A DNA stretch of 64,000 bases from Cladosporium halotolerans (Eukaryota): assembly GCF_011745625.1 (NCBI RefSeq), contig NW_027191455.1, positions 1 through 64,000 on the forward strand. The letters run 5' to 3'. This document shows positions 37,905 through 50,003 of this stretch, one piece after another (position 1 is the first letter of the stretch; every line of letters starts with the position of its first letter). Below the pieces are notes generated by a model. That model made no database searches. It saw only the letters and a program-made list of their open reading frames with translations, and was not told where the DNA came from. Made by a program: the position numbers and the translations under genes.

Positions 37905-39320
37905 TCAAACCGCTTGAGCCTTTGCGTACTTGTAGCGGTACTTTTGTTTATCGCCTGTGTCGCCGAACTCCTCTCTTCCCCAAGCCCTCATCAGTTCTTT
38001 GCCGATACTCTTGTTCAGCTTCTCAAGATCTTCCATTTTCGCCTTCAGCTCTTGGATCTCTGTGTCTTTCTCTGCGAGCTTCGAGTCTCTGGTAGCGATC
38101 TTCTCCTTGTAGCGCGCCTCTCTGGTGCGGACTTTCTCCGTGATGGCGGTATCGAGGGACTTGTTCATGGACTTGTGCTCATCCATAATGCGCTGGATCT
38201 CCTCAGCGTGCTGTTGTTTCAGCTGTGCGATCTCACTGGAGCGCGAGTTCCTTCTGGTTCTGGAGGCGGCGGTAGCAGCTTCGAGGTCGCGAGAGTGCTG
38301 AGACTTCAATCGCTGAATCTCAGTGGCATGCGCGTCTCTGAGTTGGTCGGCGGCGCTGGTAGCAGTCTGCAATTCGCGAGCATGTTGGGAGTGCAGTTGC
38401 GCCATCTCAGCGGCGTGAGCAGCAGCGCGGGTCTCAGAGGCGCGGGTAGTAGCTAGCATGGCCTCGTCATGCTTCGCTCGCAGGCACTTGATCTCACCGG
38501 CATGCGAGGTGTTGCTATCTCCAGAGGCGCTGATCGCAGCTTGGAGGTCATTCGCGTGTTGAGCCTTCATGCGCTCAATCTCCGCGGCGTGCTCAGCCTT
38601 CGCGCGGCTGGCGTCGCTGGCAGCACCTTCGAAAGCAGCCTTGAGCTGCTGGGAGTATTCCACCGTGATGCGGTGGATCTCAGTGGCGTGCGCCTCTCTG
38701 GTCGCACGGAGCTCGCTGGTAGCGGCCTGCAGCTCTCTCACATGCTGGACGCCTTGCCGCTCGAGCTCGGCTGCGTGTGAGGCCTTCTCGGCGGCCCTTG
38801 CCTCTTTCTCCGCTGCCAGCTCCGAGCGTAGCCGCTCGATCTGGCTCATCAAGTATTGCGATGCCCCTCCTTGGGGCTGGATCGGCGAGAGCATGCTGGA
38901 GCGGCCGACAGCTCCTCGAGGGCTGCGCTCACTGGCGGGAGTGCGCCCACCCAGCGGCGTAGGGTTGCTGGGACGCGCGGGAGAGCTGTAGTCCTCAACA
39001 GTCGGCTGCATTTGCGTCTCGTTGGTGCGGAAGATTGAGGGTGTGCCAGTGGTGATGGCCGCACCGCCATCGGTATTGCTGCGACGGAGAGGGCGCCCAC
39101 CCCTCATCCAGTCCATCATGTTGATTGTGAAATCAGTAGGCCCATCGATGTCTTCACTCAGTATGCGCGGTACGGAGCGCTCGGCGACTGGTGAGGAAGA
39201 GACGCTTGAAGATCCCAGGGCATCCAGATCGAGAGAGTATTTTGAGCCTGCGGGAGATGAAGGTTGCACTTTGGGGGAAGCACCACGAGGCGGAGATGAT
39301 TGCATCCTGCTTGAATCCAT
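37905..39320 (-). CDS. Coiled-coil protein with internal 29-aa repeats; resembles spindle-pole-body-associated SnaD-like proteins
   Basis: 471-aa ORF with an SP-rich N-terminus, SEDIDGPTDFT motif, coiled coil and C-terminal LMRAWGREE..QKYRYKY. Family assignment is from memory and tentative. Confidence 0.65.
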   Translation of the reverse strand: MDSSRMQSSPPRGASPKVQPSSPAGSKYSLDLDALGSSSVSSSPVAERSVPRILSEDIDGPTDFTINMMDWMRGGRPLRRSNTDGGAAITTGTPSIFRTNETQMQPTVEDYSSPARPSNPTPLGGRTPASERSPRGAVGRSSMLSPIQPQGGASQYLMSQIERLRSELAAEKEARAAEKASHAAELERQGVQHVRELQAATSELRATREAHATEIHRITVEYSQQLKAAFEGAASDASRAKAEHAAEIERMKAQHANDLQAAISASGDSNTSHAGEIKCLRAKHDEAMLATTRASETRAAAHAAEMAQLHSQHARELQTATSAADQLRDAHATEIQRLKSQHSRDLEAATAASRTRRNSRSSEIAQLKQQHAEEIQRIMDEHKSMNKSLDTAITEKVRTREARYKEKIATRDSKLAEKDTEIQELKAKMEDLEKLNKSIGKELMRAWGREEFGDTGDKQKYRYKYAKAQAV

Positions 39321-39762
39321 GTCGAGAGAGAAGCTGTGAGAATGCGCGTAGAGGCTGCTGCGCTAGATGATGATGGCTGAAACGCCTTTCTCAATGGCGT
39401 TGCAAGAATTGAGATGGAATTTCGTGTTTGCGCGTGAACTGTTTCGTGGCGCTTGAGACTTTATAATTTCATAAGGTATTTTTCCGAGTGTAGCTTTGTC
39501 TTCAAATCATCCAATAGTCGTGTGTCAATGCTGATGCAAAATGCGGGCATGGGTCATAAGTCGTAATGGTTCGTGTCTTGGACAGGGAAGCCCAGCGCTG
39601 AATGTTTACTGTTTGCGACTTTGTTGACGCGCCGAGGCCCAAGCGCGGATCTGCTTCCGCGCCGAAGCGTTCCGCTGGAACACCCTCACGAGCCCTTGAA
39701 GCCTCACTTCCAAATTCCCGCCAAGACTCATATTCAGGAGGTCGACAAAGCAGTATTTCCGC

Positions 39763-41433
39763 ATGAGAGGCGAGATCAATGCTGCCGAGGCAGTGGTCTC
39801 GCAGTCGGCGCCTATCTCTGGCTCACAGGTGATTTTGGTTATTGCCTCAATTTGCCTGGTGTGGTACATCGTAGTAGCCTTGGTTTCCACGCTGGGATAT
39901 GCCCAAATGTATGTGTAACCAAGTAGTTTTCCACATATGAGAAAATGCTAAAGCTTGCCCAGACGACGTTATTTCTCAAGTCCGCCTAAAAAAGTTACAT
40001 GGTCACAAGATGCACCCCATGTGAACATCATCCGACCTGTGAAAGGCCTGGAGCCGTCTCTCTATGACTGCCTCGCCTCTACTTTCCGACAAGATTATCC
40101 GAAAGACAAGCTACACATACGCTTGTGTATCTCGGACCGTGATGATCCGGCACTTTCGGTGTTAGAACGGTTGCTCCATGATTTCCCATCAATCGACGCC
40201 AAAATACTGGTTGAAGAAGAGGATGTAGTCCTTCAGGATGGCAAAGCCCACCTCGGTCCAAACCCAAAGATTCGCAACATGAGCCGTGCTTATCGAGAGT
40301 CTATTGGGGACTGTATCTGGATCATCGATTGCAACATCTGGATTGCAAAAGGTGTCTGCGGACGTCTTGTTGCCAAATTAGAAGGCCGTGGCGAGAAGCG
40401 GAAGAACAAATTTGTTCATCAAGTGCCTCTCGTCGTCGACACCGTTGGCACGACGGCTGACCAAGAGACTCACGGGCTGTTAGACGGTTCTAGTGGCCAT
40501 ATTCACACCGTCAGTTCTGGTAGCCACACATTGTTGTCTGGCCAAGCCGAAGAGCGCACCGCATCATCTATTGGCGGAGGCAGGCTCGAAGAACTGTTCT
40601 TGTCCTCTGCGCACGCAAAGTTCTACACAGCAATCAACACCGTTGCCGTTGCACCTTGTATTGTCGGAAAAAGTACAATGTTTCGCCGCAGCCATCTCGA
40701 CAGCATGACGAACGGCGCTGGTATCGACTACTTCAGCGAGAACATCTGCGAAGATCATCTGATCGGCGACATCATCTGGAGGAAATCAGCCCCGGAGGAG
40801 GTCAATGGCGAGAAGTTTGGCAAGCATGCTTGCTGCTTCGGCGATCTCGCCATCCAGCCTATGGCCAATATGAGTGTTATCGAGTACTGGAAACGCAGAG
40901 TGCGATGGCTTCGCGTGCGCAAGTATACTGTAACACTTGCAACGCTTGTAGAGCCCGGCACGGAGAGTTTCTTTTGCTCGCTGTACGGCGCCTTTGCGAT
41001 TACAACATTGCCATACTTCCAGTCCGCAGTCGGCATCCCTCCGACGTGGACCAGTTTCTGGATCTTCTGGATTTGTAGTGTTTCTGCTTGGTGCTTGATG
41101 GACTGGACGCTCTACCTTCTCCTTCATTCTGGTCGATCGATCGATGTCGACGCTGACACACCAGCTTTTGCGAGATCTCCTAAGGGCGGCCAAAGACGCC
41201 CGTTCGCCGAGTGGTTTCTTGCATGGCTTGGAAGAGAATCGCTGGCTTTTCCAATCTGGTTCTGGGCAATCTATGGCGGAGCAAGGGTACAGTGGAGAGG
41301 CAAGGAATTCTGGGTGGGCATGGATATGAAGGTACACGAACTGAAGAGCGATGAGGGCGAGACACAATCAGAGTTTCGTGAAAATGGTCATGCATCTCGC
41401 TCGTCCTCGAGGGGCAAGGATAGAGTGGATTGA
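39763..41433 (+). CDS. GCS1: Ceramide glucosyltransferase (glucosylceramide synthase, GT21)
   Basis: N-terminal TM exon 39763-39908, intron 39909-39962. Motifs [40 protein letters not shown]. Confidence 0.92.
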
Positions 41434-41765
41434 ACGATTCATTGTACATGCGAAGCATAGCATGGAAGTACAGTAGTGAAACATATCCTTCAACTTACTG
41501 CAGATTCCCACACAAATACAGCAGCTTGCAATTCGCATTCTCGAGTTTGGAAGCTGACACTGAAAGCTCATGCCTCGATCGTGCTCAGATGGTTTCGTAT
41601 TTTCCGTCGACCGCGCAAATTGCTTAATGACGTCGGTCGCAAAAGTCATGTGACCGCGCGACCCCGCGCGAGCGCGTCTTCTTCACGAACGCCGATCTTC
41701 GTGAGGCGACAGTCGCCAATAGCCGAGCAGCAAGACCTTTATTATTTGACATTCCATGGAATGCT

Positions 41766-44700
41766 ATGGCATCTATCGGCGAAGACAGCCTGGGCAGTAT
41801 CCCTATGCCAGAGCTTACAGCCTTGCAAGAACATCTTCTCCAGGTCAGTCTTGTCGTACGCGCCTCTGCAACGCTTCCGAGCTAATGCAAGCATCCCTGC
41901 AGAATGGCCAACCTTCTGCCGACGCGCAGACGCCTCGCCAACAGCCCCAGCGATCACATGTGTTCGGAGGAAATGACGAGTCGCACACCTCGCAACAATC
42001 ATCTCATCCCACTCGCGACGAAGTACAGGAGTCTGCCGATGTCGTTCAGAACCCAGCGCCCGAGACCGTAGCGCAACAACCGCCGCGCTTGACGCCATCG
42101 AGAAGCGCACCGGCCGAGATTGATGCTATGGTCCATCAAACGCCTTCGCAGGATGCGATCATGGCGCGAGCAGCTTCTTTCCATGGCTTCGTCGGAGGCG
42201 ACACTCAGCCTATGGAGTCGCAAATCTACCGCGACTACACCGAGTCTATGATCAGATCTTCTGGCACGACGCCGAAAAAGACGATACTGCATGCCAATGA
42301 ATTCGCGCAAAACGAGCAGAACACATATGAGACCGGCGGTGCAGGCGATAAGACGCAGCTCACGACAACTCATGGAGACGATGGTTTTGTGGACTTGGAC
42401 ATGGCATGGCAGCCAGCGGACTCTCCGACGGCCAAGTCGGCAACCTCTGGCATTGAAGATCTGCTCGCAGGGCCGGAATCGCAAAGCCAGAACCAAGGTG
42501 CGAACGGCAACTTTGCACCTAGAACACCTGGTTTAGCTGGTGGCAAGCGTCGCCGGAGCGGCGAGATACCCACGTCTGCGACAGATGCGTCGAGGAGGAC
42601 CCCTGGAATCGCGGAGGCGTTCGCCTTCAACAACGCCCCAAAGTACAGCGCGACACAGCTATTCAACCAAACTCAAGCTCCATCGTCGCCCATGATCGAC
42701 ATGATACGGTCTGACCCTGTCGCCGAGCGCCCCTCGCCGAATCTGCACATAAATCGTAATCTTTCGCCCGATATGGCAAGCTCATCGCCGGTCTTGATGA
42801 TGCACAATCCACCTGCCTCGACTGCAGGCGAGCCAAGAGATACATACACGAGCATGCGGGAGTCACAGGAGCGACGTGCCGCCCGCCTCAGGCAAGAGCT
42901 AGACTTATCGAAGAGATTCGGGCCCGAAGCAATTGCTGAGTTGGACGAAGAGGAGGATGAGGACAGCCAACAATTACGTATGGAGCGAAAACGACTGCAG
43001 CGCGTCATGAGCGAGCACGCGAACGACGAGTGGAGCAAGTACCGGGCACCGTCTCGGCTGGCGTCCAATCGCAGTTCTGATCGCAAAAGGACAGCGACTA
43101 TCGACCTTGTAACCCCTGGCACTCTGCACAAGCAAAATCGTGTTCAGTTCGAGATGTCAGACAACGAACAGGAGACAGATGACGAGAACATGGAGATTGA
43201 CCTTCCCGTGGAAGCTGAAGACAATCATGATGGAGAAGGCTTGCACGACGACGAGGGCGTTGAGGTATACGAAGAGGACAATGACGTCTACGATGAGTAT
43301 AGCCAGACAGTTCTGCGCAGTCAAAGAGACCCCGAAGACGAAGACGTTGAGTTATCTGTCCATGAAGACGGGGATCGTTCAGAACACGCGGATGAACGAC
43401 ATAATGTTGAAGAGAGGACGGACCAGGATGGAAACGGCGATGGCGAGGATACGAAAATCCTGAATGGCGATCAGAATCCAGGCGACGGCGTTCCCAGTAC
43501 GCAACCTGCCGTGGCAGATTCCCAACCGGAGCGTCTCAACATCCAGAGATCGCTCCTTTCCAAAGAGCCCATAGCACCTCCCAACACGTCTTCGATTATT
43601 CCTGGATCACAGTATGTTGGCGCCACAAGTCAAGAGCTTGCACGCCATTCAGCCAGGGTTCCGCACTCAACGATGTCGCAACCTCTCATTGGCGGCTCCA
43701 CAAAAAGCCAACATGAGGAAAGCCGTGTACCGTCGAGTCCGCCAATGCCTTCAGGCTATAGCGAAGGACATGGAGATGATGAGGACTCCACTACCCCCAG
43801 ACAGACCTCTGTTCAAGGAAAACCAGGGCACGCCTCCGAGAATTACGGAAGACGCCTCGAGCGTGAAATACCCGAAAGCGACCAGCCAGGATACGACAAC
43901 GTAGAATCCACCAAAGGCGACACAGCATTCGAGACAGCCGCAGAGAGTAACGCACCCGCCCCTTACTCCACGGCGCAGACACATCTGGGAGAATCCGTAC
44001 CTACTCCAGAAAAGCCGCGCCTTGTCAAGGAAGCTTCCAAGGTCTCGGCTTCACAACACAGTATGCCTACACCTCTGAAAGCCGCAGGTGTACGCCGATT
44101 TGCGGACATTGCTGCTGATCCATCACCACCGGAGTTCAGCGCCGGCAGCCAGCTTGACATGGATGCCATCATGGGGAATGTCATCACGATGGACGACCAG
44201 AATTTCATGGCTGCCCTTTCGAGCCCACCAAGCGAGAAGCCTACCAAGAGACGTCGGCTGTTGCAGAGCGAATCACGAAGACGATCTTATATGCCGAGTA
44301 CCGAAGCCACAAGCTCGGCGCCTGAGAGTGAAACCGCGCGTGAGGCGAGCCCAGCCAAACCGGTCGCGGATATCGATGGGCCAGTCGAAGATGTACGAAC
44401 TGCGGCTTCGGAAGGGGCCGTGAATCCATCAAGATCAAGCCCGGAAAGACCAGGCGAGCAGCCTTCTGCCACGCCGAAAAACTCGAGTGCCCCCGATACC
44501 CCCGAAAGCGTCAGGCGAAGAGAAGAAGCGGGCTCCAAAGCAGCCAGCCAGTTGCTGTCCACAAGAAGATCGGCATCGGCGACCCAGAAGCCCGGCAAGA
44601 GAGAGAAGAGCGGACGGAAGACCTCTGACCGCAAGTCGGTCTCGCGGCAACCCAGCTCCAAATTGAAGAAATCTGTAGAGCAGCCGTCAGATGAAGCTCC

Positions 44701-46321
44701 TTCAAGAGGCACGGAAGAAAATCCGCAGCAAGAGGAAGGCGGCGTCACAAGAACCGCAAAGACTCCTTCGGCACTGGAAACCACTGAGCATGACTCAGCT
44801 TCTGCTCCACATCGTATCCTCGCTCTATTCCGAGGTGCTTCTTACAACGCCTACTATCCAGCTACTTGGCTGAGCACATCCGCCGATGGAAGCCGTCACC
44901 GGCTCCGTTTTGACGATACCACTGTCACAACTCTCGATGATGGCCACGTCCGTGCCTTGGAATTCAGGATCGGCGACGCCGTCAAGGTGGACTACGAAGG
45001 CTTCCGCAGCAAGACTTGGCTTGTCAAAGCGTTTGGGAGAAAAGCTCAAAATGAGGACGACCGGGCAAACGGCGTCGACATTCACGATCACGTCACCCTG
45101 TTAGTCCAGGCAAAAGTCACTCAGCGGAGCAGCATGGCTACTCCAAGCGCAATCCCTCAAGGCGAGGGCGAGATGGTGGAGATCATGGTGACCAACGTGA
45201 AGATCACTCACAACATGATCACACATTTTGCTGATCGCGTCTTTCACCCGCCGAACAAGGATGATAAGACACGAACTGGTACACCCTTTACGGATGCACA
45301 GTCTGCTGACAACGAAACACCGTCTCGCTCACGGCGCCCCTTGGCGTCCGCCACCAAGTCTGCTGCCCGGGATCATTCCAAGCTCAGAGAGGAATCAGTG
45401 TTCTCGGCGTCTGAGCCAAAAACATCTGGCATGTTTGATGGCATGGCCTTCGCGATCTCTTACGCCTCCAATGAGACCGAAAAATTCGAGGTTACGCGCG
45501 TGATCCAACGCAATGGCGGCATTATCCTCGACCAGGGCTTTGACGAGCTCTTCGTCCAGCCTCAACTTAGCGAACCAACGACTCCAACGAAGCGCTCGTC
45601 GAAGAAGCCTGAACAGCAGCCGTACGCTGAAACATCAGGCGGTCTGCGTCTCAAACCCGAATACGAAGACCTCGGCTTCATTGCCTTGATCGCAGATAAA
45701 CATAGCCGCCGCGCCAAGTATATGCAAGCACTCGCCCTCGAGATCCCAACGCTTTCAGGCCGCTGGGTGCTCGACAGCTGCGACTCCGCTCGCAGTGCAG
45801 GCCCTCCTTCGCAGCCTCGTCCCTGGACCCGGTACCTTCTCGCAGCTGGCGAATCTTCCTACCTCGGCGGCGCCATTCGCTCTCGCACGCTCCAGTATTA
45901 TGATCCAAAGACTACCAAGCTTACCTCAACCGTCGCCTCGCGCCCGCTCCTTCTCAATGGCACTGGCGTCCTGATCATCTCGCCCAAGAAAGGCAAAGGA
46001 ACCTGGGAGCGCCGCAAAGCCTACGCCTTCCTGACTCTCGCGCTCGGCGCCGGTAGTGTCCGGCGTGTCGCAGACTTGGCCGAGGCCAAGAAGTTGCTGG
46101 CGACTGATCAAGGAAGGCAAAAGTGGGCGTGGGTGTACGTCGACGACGACGTGAGCGAAGCTGCGAAGGCGCTGTTCGGTGCCAAGGGAGCGCAGGCTAG
46201 CAAGAAAAGGAAACGGGCTGAGGGTCCGCTGATGTGCGTTGAGGGTATGGGAGGGAGCGTGAAAGTCGTGGGGGATGAGTTTGTGGTGCAGAGTTTGATT
46301 CTGGGGGCGTTGGTTGATTGA
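41766..46321 (+). CDS. RAD9: DNA damage checkpoint mediator Rad9/Crb2 (53BP1-like; Tudor + BRCT)
   Basis: SQ/TQ-rich disordered N-terminus, Tudor-like YYPATW..RLRFDD, BRCT (NGGIIL..FIALIADKHSRRAKYMQALAL..RWVLD; EFVVQSLILG). Probable first exon 41766-41843 and intron 41844-41902. Confidence 0.88.
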
Positions 46322-46841
46322 TCGGTTGGTCGGCTGGGTGAGGGTGGGTTTGTGAATATGGCGTTTACGGGAATACCCTTGGGATGGACGACGGACGGAT
46401 ACCCCTTTGGTCTGAAGATGGCTGTACGATACAAAATGCATCAGGCGTGCATCAAACATAGCAAAGCCAGGTTCGGCAGTGCAGCAAGAGCAAAAAAGCA
46501 TGGATGAAGTATGTTTACACACGTCTACTCTATACCTACAATTATCTCGTACATGGCTGCTCTCCTGGCAGCGTGTTTTTCGGGTGCTGAGGTCGTGGCC
46601 GCAACGCTGGCCCTGTATAGTCTTCCCCTGACGGTATGAATGGACAGCTGCGATATGTCCGTTCAAGTTCCATACCCTTCGTGCGCGCGAGACCATGGAG
46701 CCGACAAGACATACTCGACGGACCCGAGAGGCACCCGAAACTCTTCAACCTTTCGCGCCCCAGCGCCATCCCGCTATGCACCACACAGATTGCACCTGAT
46801 TCCGCGCAAAGCCCCAATCCAGTTCCTACATGCCGACACGA

Positions 46842-47674
46842 TTATTTCAGACCCAGAGGCGCAAGAATTCTCTCCTTCGCAACCTGAACCGCAACGTCAC
46901 CACCGTTCTGCAGCGCAACTGCACCCACGATCGCGTAGACCGACTGCGCAAGCACGACATCCTCACCCGACGACTCTAGCCTGTCGGACTTCCTGGGCTT
47001 CCACCTCACCACCTTCTCCAGACCATAGCTCTTCGCCAGCTGCGACACCCGTCTCTTATCCAGCGCGGTGGATTTTGCGCGCGCGGTGATGTTCTCGATG
47101 CCGTTCAGCGAGGGGTGCGCGAAGACATATATGTTCTGGTTCGTTTGGTTTTCGGGCGTGAGCGGTTGCTGTGCGAGGAGGAGCGAGGTCTGAACGTCCA
47201 GGATGCGCTTGCCCAGGTAGGCGAGCTTGTCGTTGTAGGGGCGGCGGCCTTGGTCGAAGGATTTGTGCGTGAGGGCTTGCCACTATTGCGGGGATTGCAT
47301 TAGAATCGCTGCTTTCAATCCTTCGAAGTCTGCGACGACGGGGTCGTGATTCCTCTTACCTTTATCTCTTCGGGCAACACATCCTTTCCTTTTGTTCCCC
47401 TGCCCGCAGCCTGGCCGATAAACCTGTCGTATGCGCTGTCCACAAGCTCCACGCTGTCATTGACCTTCCACACGGGCTGGTTGGGCATCGGTCGCAGGCG
47501 GAAGGGCATTTGCATCGCAGGCGGGGTCTGTTTCCATCTCGGCTCGTCTGGTGAAGGTGCGCCTGCGCTTTTTGCGGTCGTGGTGGTGAATGAGCGGATC
47601 GCGCTGGGCTTTGCGGCGGTGCGGAGTGTCCTGGCGCAGGACGCGCAGACGTAAGGAGCACGAGTGGTCGACAT
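46842..47674 (-). CDS. MRPL15: Mitochondrial ribosomal protein mL57 (RNase III-like domain)
   Basis: Mitochondrial presequence, LPEEIK|WQALTHKSFDQGRRPYNDKLAYLGKRI, VVRWKPR, YAIVGAVALQNG. Intron 47283-47359. Confidence 0.88.
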
Positions 47675-48040
47675 TATGTGCGGGTGAAGGTGGTGGTGGC
47701 GGATGGTTGGCGACGATTCACTTCCTCCTCTGATCGCTGGACGGGCAGAGTCGCGAGGTCTCGAGGCTCAGCTTTCCCTGCGGAGGGCTGGCTTGGCACC
47801 TCCGAGCGACAGCCGCCGCAGGGACGAGGAGGTGGGAGTGAGACGGACGCGCCAGGAGGTGAGGCTGCGGCACGGAATATTACAAGTGCACATCTTCGTT
47901 TTTGTGACCTTTTCTTTCAGTAATTGCTTGATGTATTGTCTGTGATTTGAATTGTATTGCTTGATCGTCTTTATTTATACCCTGGCCGAGTCCCTCCGCA
48001 GATCAGCCTCGCACAGCGCGGCCCTCACTCTCCACCAGCC

Positions 48041-49666
48041 ATGGCAGCGATGAATGGTGACTTCGGATCCAAAGGTCAAAATTGCGAAAGGCTACAAGAT
48101 GCATTCAATGCCTTCCTTCCAAAGAACTTCCAATGCCAAATTCGTTACACTCATACGCCACCAAAATCAAGCGAACCTCTCTTCTCACCACGTCCTGGCG
48201 CGCAACCAGAGAAGACGAAGCTGGCTAGCCACTTCTTGACCGTCAGCGTTCCAGTGAACGATAAAATTCCAGGCTCGGATCAATTGAAGTCTTCAGCAGA
48301 AGACCATGTAGTTGTCTTCGCTATGGAGGTCTTGGTCTATTCTTCTCGCGGATTAGTGACTATGTTCGTTAGCAAGGCCGACTCTACTGGATACTTGCCC
48401 CTACGGCGACCAAGTCCGATCAAGTCTGTTGCGACGACTTTTTTGTGGTGGCTTAGCACGCAACAAAGACAATCGACCAAGTCGACAGGGACCAAGCTCG
48501 TCATCTCTCTCTTCGCTCGCGCACAGTCTCAATATCTTTTCCCTGGTTCTGCGGATCATGGCAAGAAGCACGTTTTGGACGATCGCCAGCTGATCAGGTG
48601 GTGGGCAAGGGTTTTGGACCCGCTCTTCTTGGAAGGTGACAGAACAGATCAAGACTTGGATCTCCAGGGTTATATGACTGTCCCTGGCTATCACGGCATC
48701 GAAACCAAATCGTTCTTTCCAACGAAACCGAACAGCTCCGAGAAGAGCCGAAATTGGACACCAGGCAACCCTCTCATCGAACTCGCGCAAGCACGAGACC
48801 TACCTGAGACTACCCCAACAAGGTGCCTCCTTCCTCGATTCCCCGACGACCCCAAAGCACGATTCATGCAAGACCTCGACGACGAAGTCGGCCTCGTCGA
48901 AGACGCCGGCTCGCTTGCCCTCACCAGCCCATCGAAACAAAAGAGCGGACGGTGGAAAACAATAAACGACCTCGAACGCTTCTGGGAAGCAATGGAGTTC
49001 CGACAAGAATGCTCGTCCGGCCGCGTCGTCGGCTTCCTCTGGCTCGTCGTCCGACCTCCCGCCTCCGAACGACACCTCCTCCCCTCCCAAGATGACCGCG
49101 AGTCCTCTCCCTCCCGCCAACCAACAACAGCCTCCAACTCGCAAACCTCCACCACCTCCCGCACCTCCCGCAAAAGCACCTCCCGCTCTCCCAAACGCGC
49201 CAAAAAGCTCTCCGGCCCGGTCATCCCACGCCAGCCGCGGCTGAAAGGCAGCTCCTCGACTCTCTCCGCGACCTCGGACGCAGACGACACTTCGAAGCGC
49301 GACGGGCCCTACCTCACGAAAGAAGGCTACGACAGCGCGATGCAGATCCTGCTCAATCTGGAGTTCAACACGCTGGCGGCCGCGGTGCATTCGACTTCGA
49401 AGTGGGTCGCGGAGGTGTCGCGGATGGCTGGGCTGAAGGCTGGGGAGTGGGCGTTGGAGTGTGTGGGGACGGCGGAGACTGAGACGGCTGTGGGTGCGGA
49501 AGGGGCGAAGCAGATGAATGATCTGGGGGGCTTGGTGAGAAAGAAGAGGAAGGCGGATGACGGTGGTAGTGGCGCTGGTGCCACGCCTGTCGAGAGTGCA
49601 GACCAGGCCAAGCCGGAAGGCAATGGGGTTAATGTGTTGGTGGGGAGGAAGAAGGCGAAGAACTGA
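48041..49666 (+). CDS. RTT109: Histone H3K56 acetyltransferase Rtt109
   Basis: MFVSKADSTG, LFARAQSQYLFPGS..KHVLDDRQLIRWW, PRFPDDPKARF, FWEAMEFRQEC. Confidence 0.95.
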   Translation: MAAMNGDFGSKGQNCERLQDAFNAFLPKNFQCQIRYTHTPPKSSEPLFSPRPGAQPEKTKLASHFLTVSVPVNDKIPGSDQLKSSAEDHVVVFAMEVLVYSSRGLVTMFVSKADSTGYLPLRRPSPIKSVATTFLWWLSTQQRQSTKSTGTKLVISLFARAQSQYLFPGSADHGKKHVLDDRQLIRWWARVLDPLFLEGDRTDQDLDLQGYMTVPGYHGIETKSFFPTKPNSSEKSRNWTPGNPLIELAQARDLPETTPTRCLLPRFPDDPKARFMQDLDDEVGLVEDAGSLALTSPSKQKSGRWKTINDLERFWEAMEFRQECSSGRVVGFLWLVVRPPASERHLLPSQDDRESSPSRQPTTASNSQTSTTSRTSRKSTSRSPKRAKKLSGPVIPRQPRLKGSSSTLSATSDADDTSKRDGPYLTKEGYDSAMQILLNLEFNTLAAAVHSTSKWVAEVSRMAGLKAGEWALECVGTAETETAVGAEGAKQMNDLGGLVRKKRKADDGGSGAGATPVESADQAKPEGNGVNVLVGRKKAKN

Positions 49667-50003
49667 GATTGGATTTCCAGGCAAGAGAATCGGAAGTTTT
49701 TTGGCGGACCGCAATAGCTTACGATCTAATGGGTTTTAGTACGACCACAGTCCATGAGCTTTTCTGTTTATGATGGTAGACTGATGCTACCTCAATTCAT
49801 CTTCCAAGTAAACGATCAAGAAAAGTGATGTGTGATCAGGAGCAACCGGGTGGCGGCCAATCTAGGCTCCACAATGACAGATACGATACTTCAAACTCTA
49901 CCAGGTCATAAAGAGGAAACAATCTGTGATGCGATCTGTTGTCATCATTCCAGCTGGGGGTATCTTGTATCTACAGTATTCCTACAGTATCCTCCGCCAT
50001 CAT

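Noticed and set aside
41756..41902. ORF-track start of RAD9 (MECYG...)
   Set aside because: A canonical intron 41844-41902 with upstream ATG 41766 gives a more plausible N-terminus.
48800..49714. Long antisense ORFs (also 57006-57770, 54083-54907, 22365-23273, 19071-19592)
   Set aside because: These are shadows of GC3-rich genes on the opposite strand.
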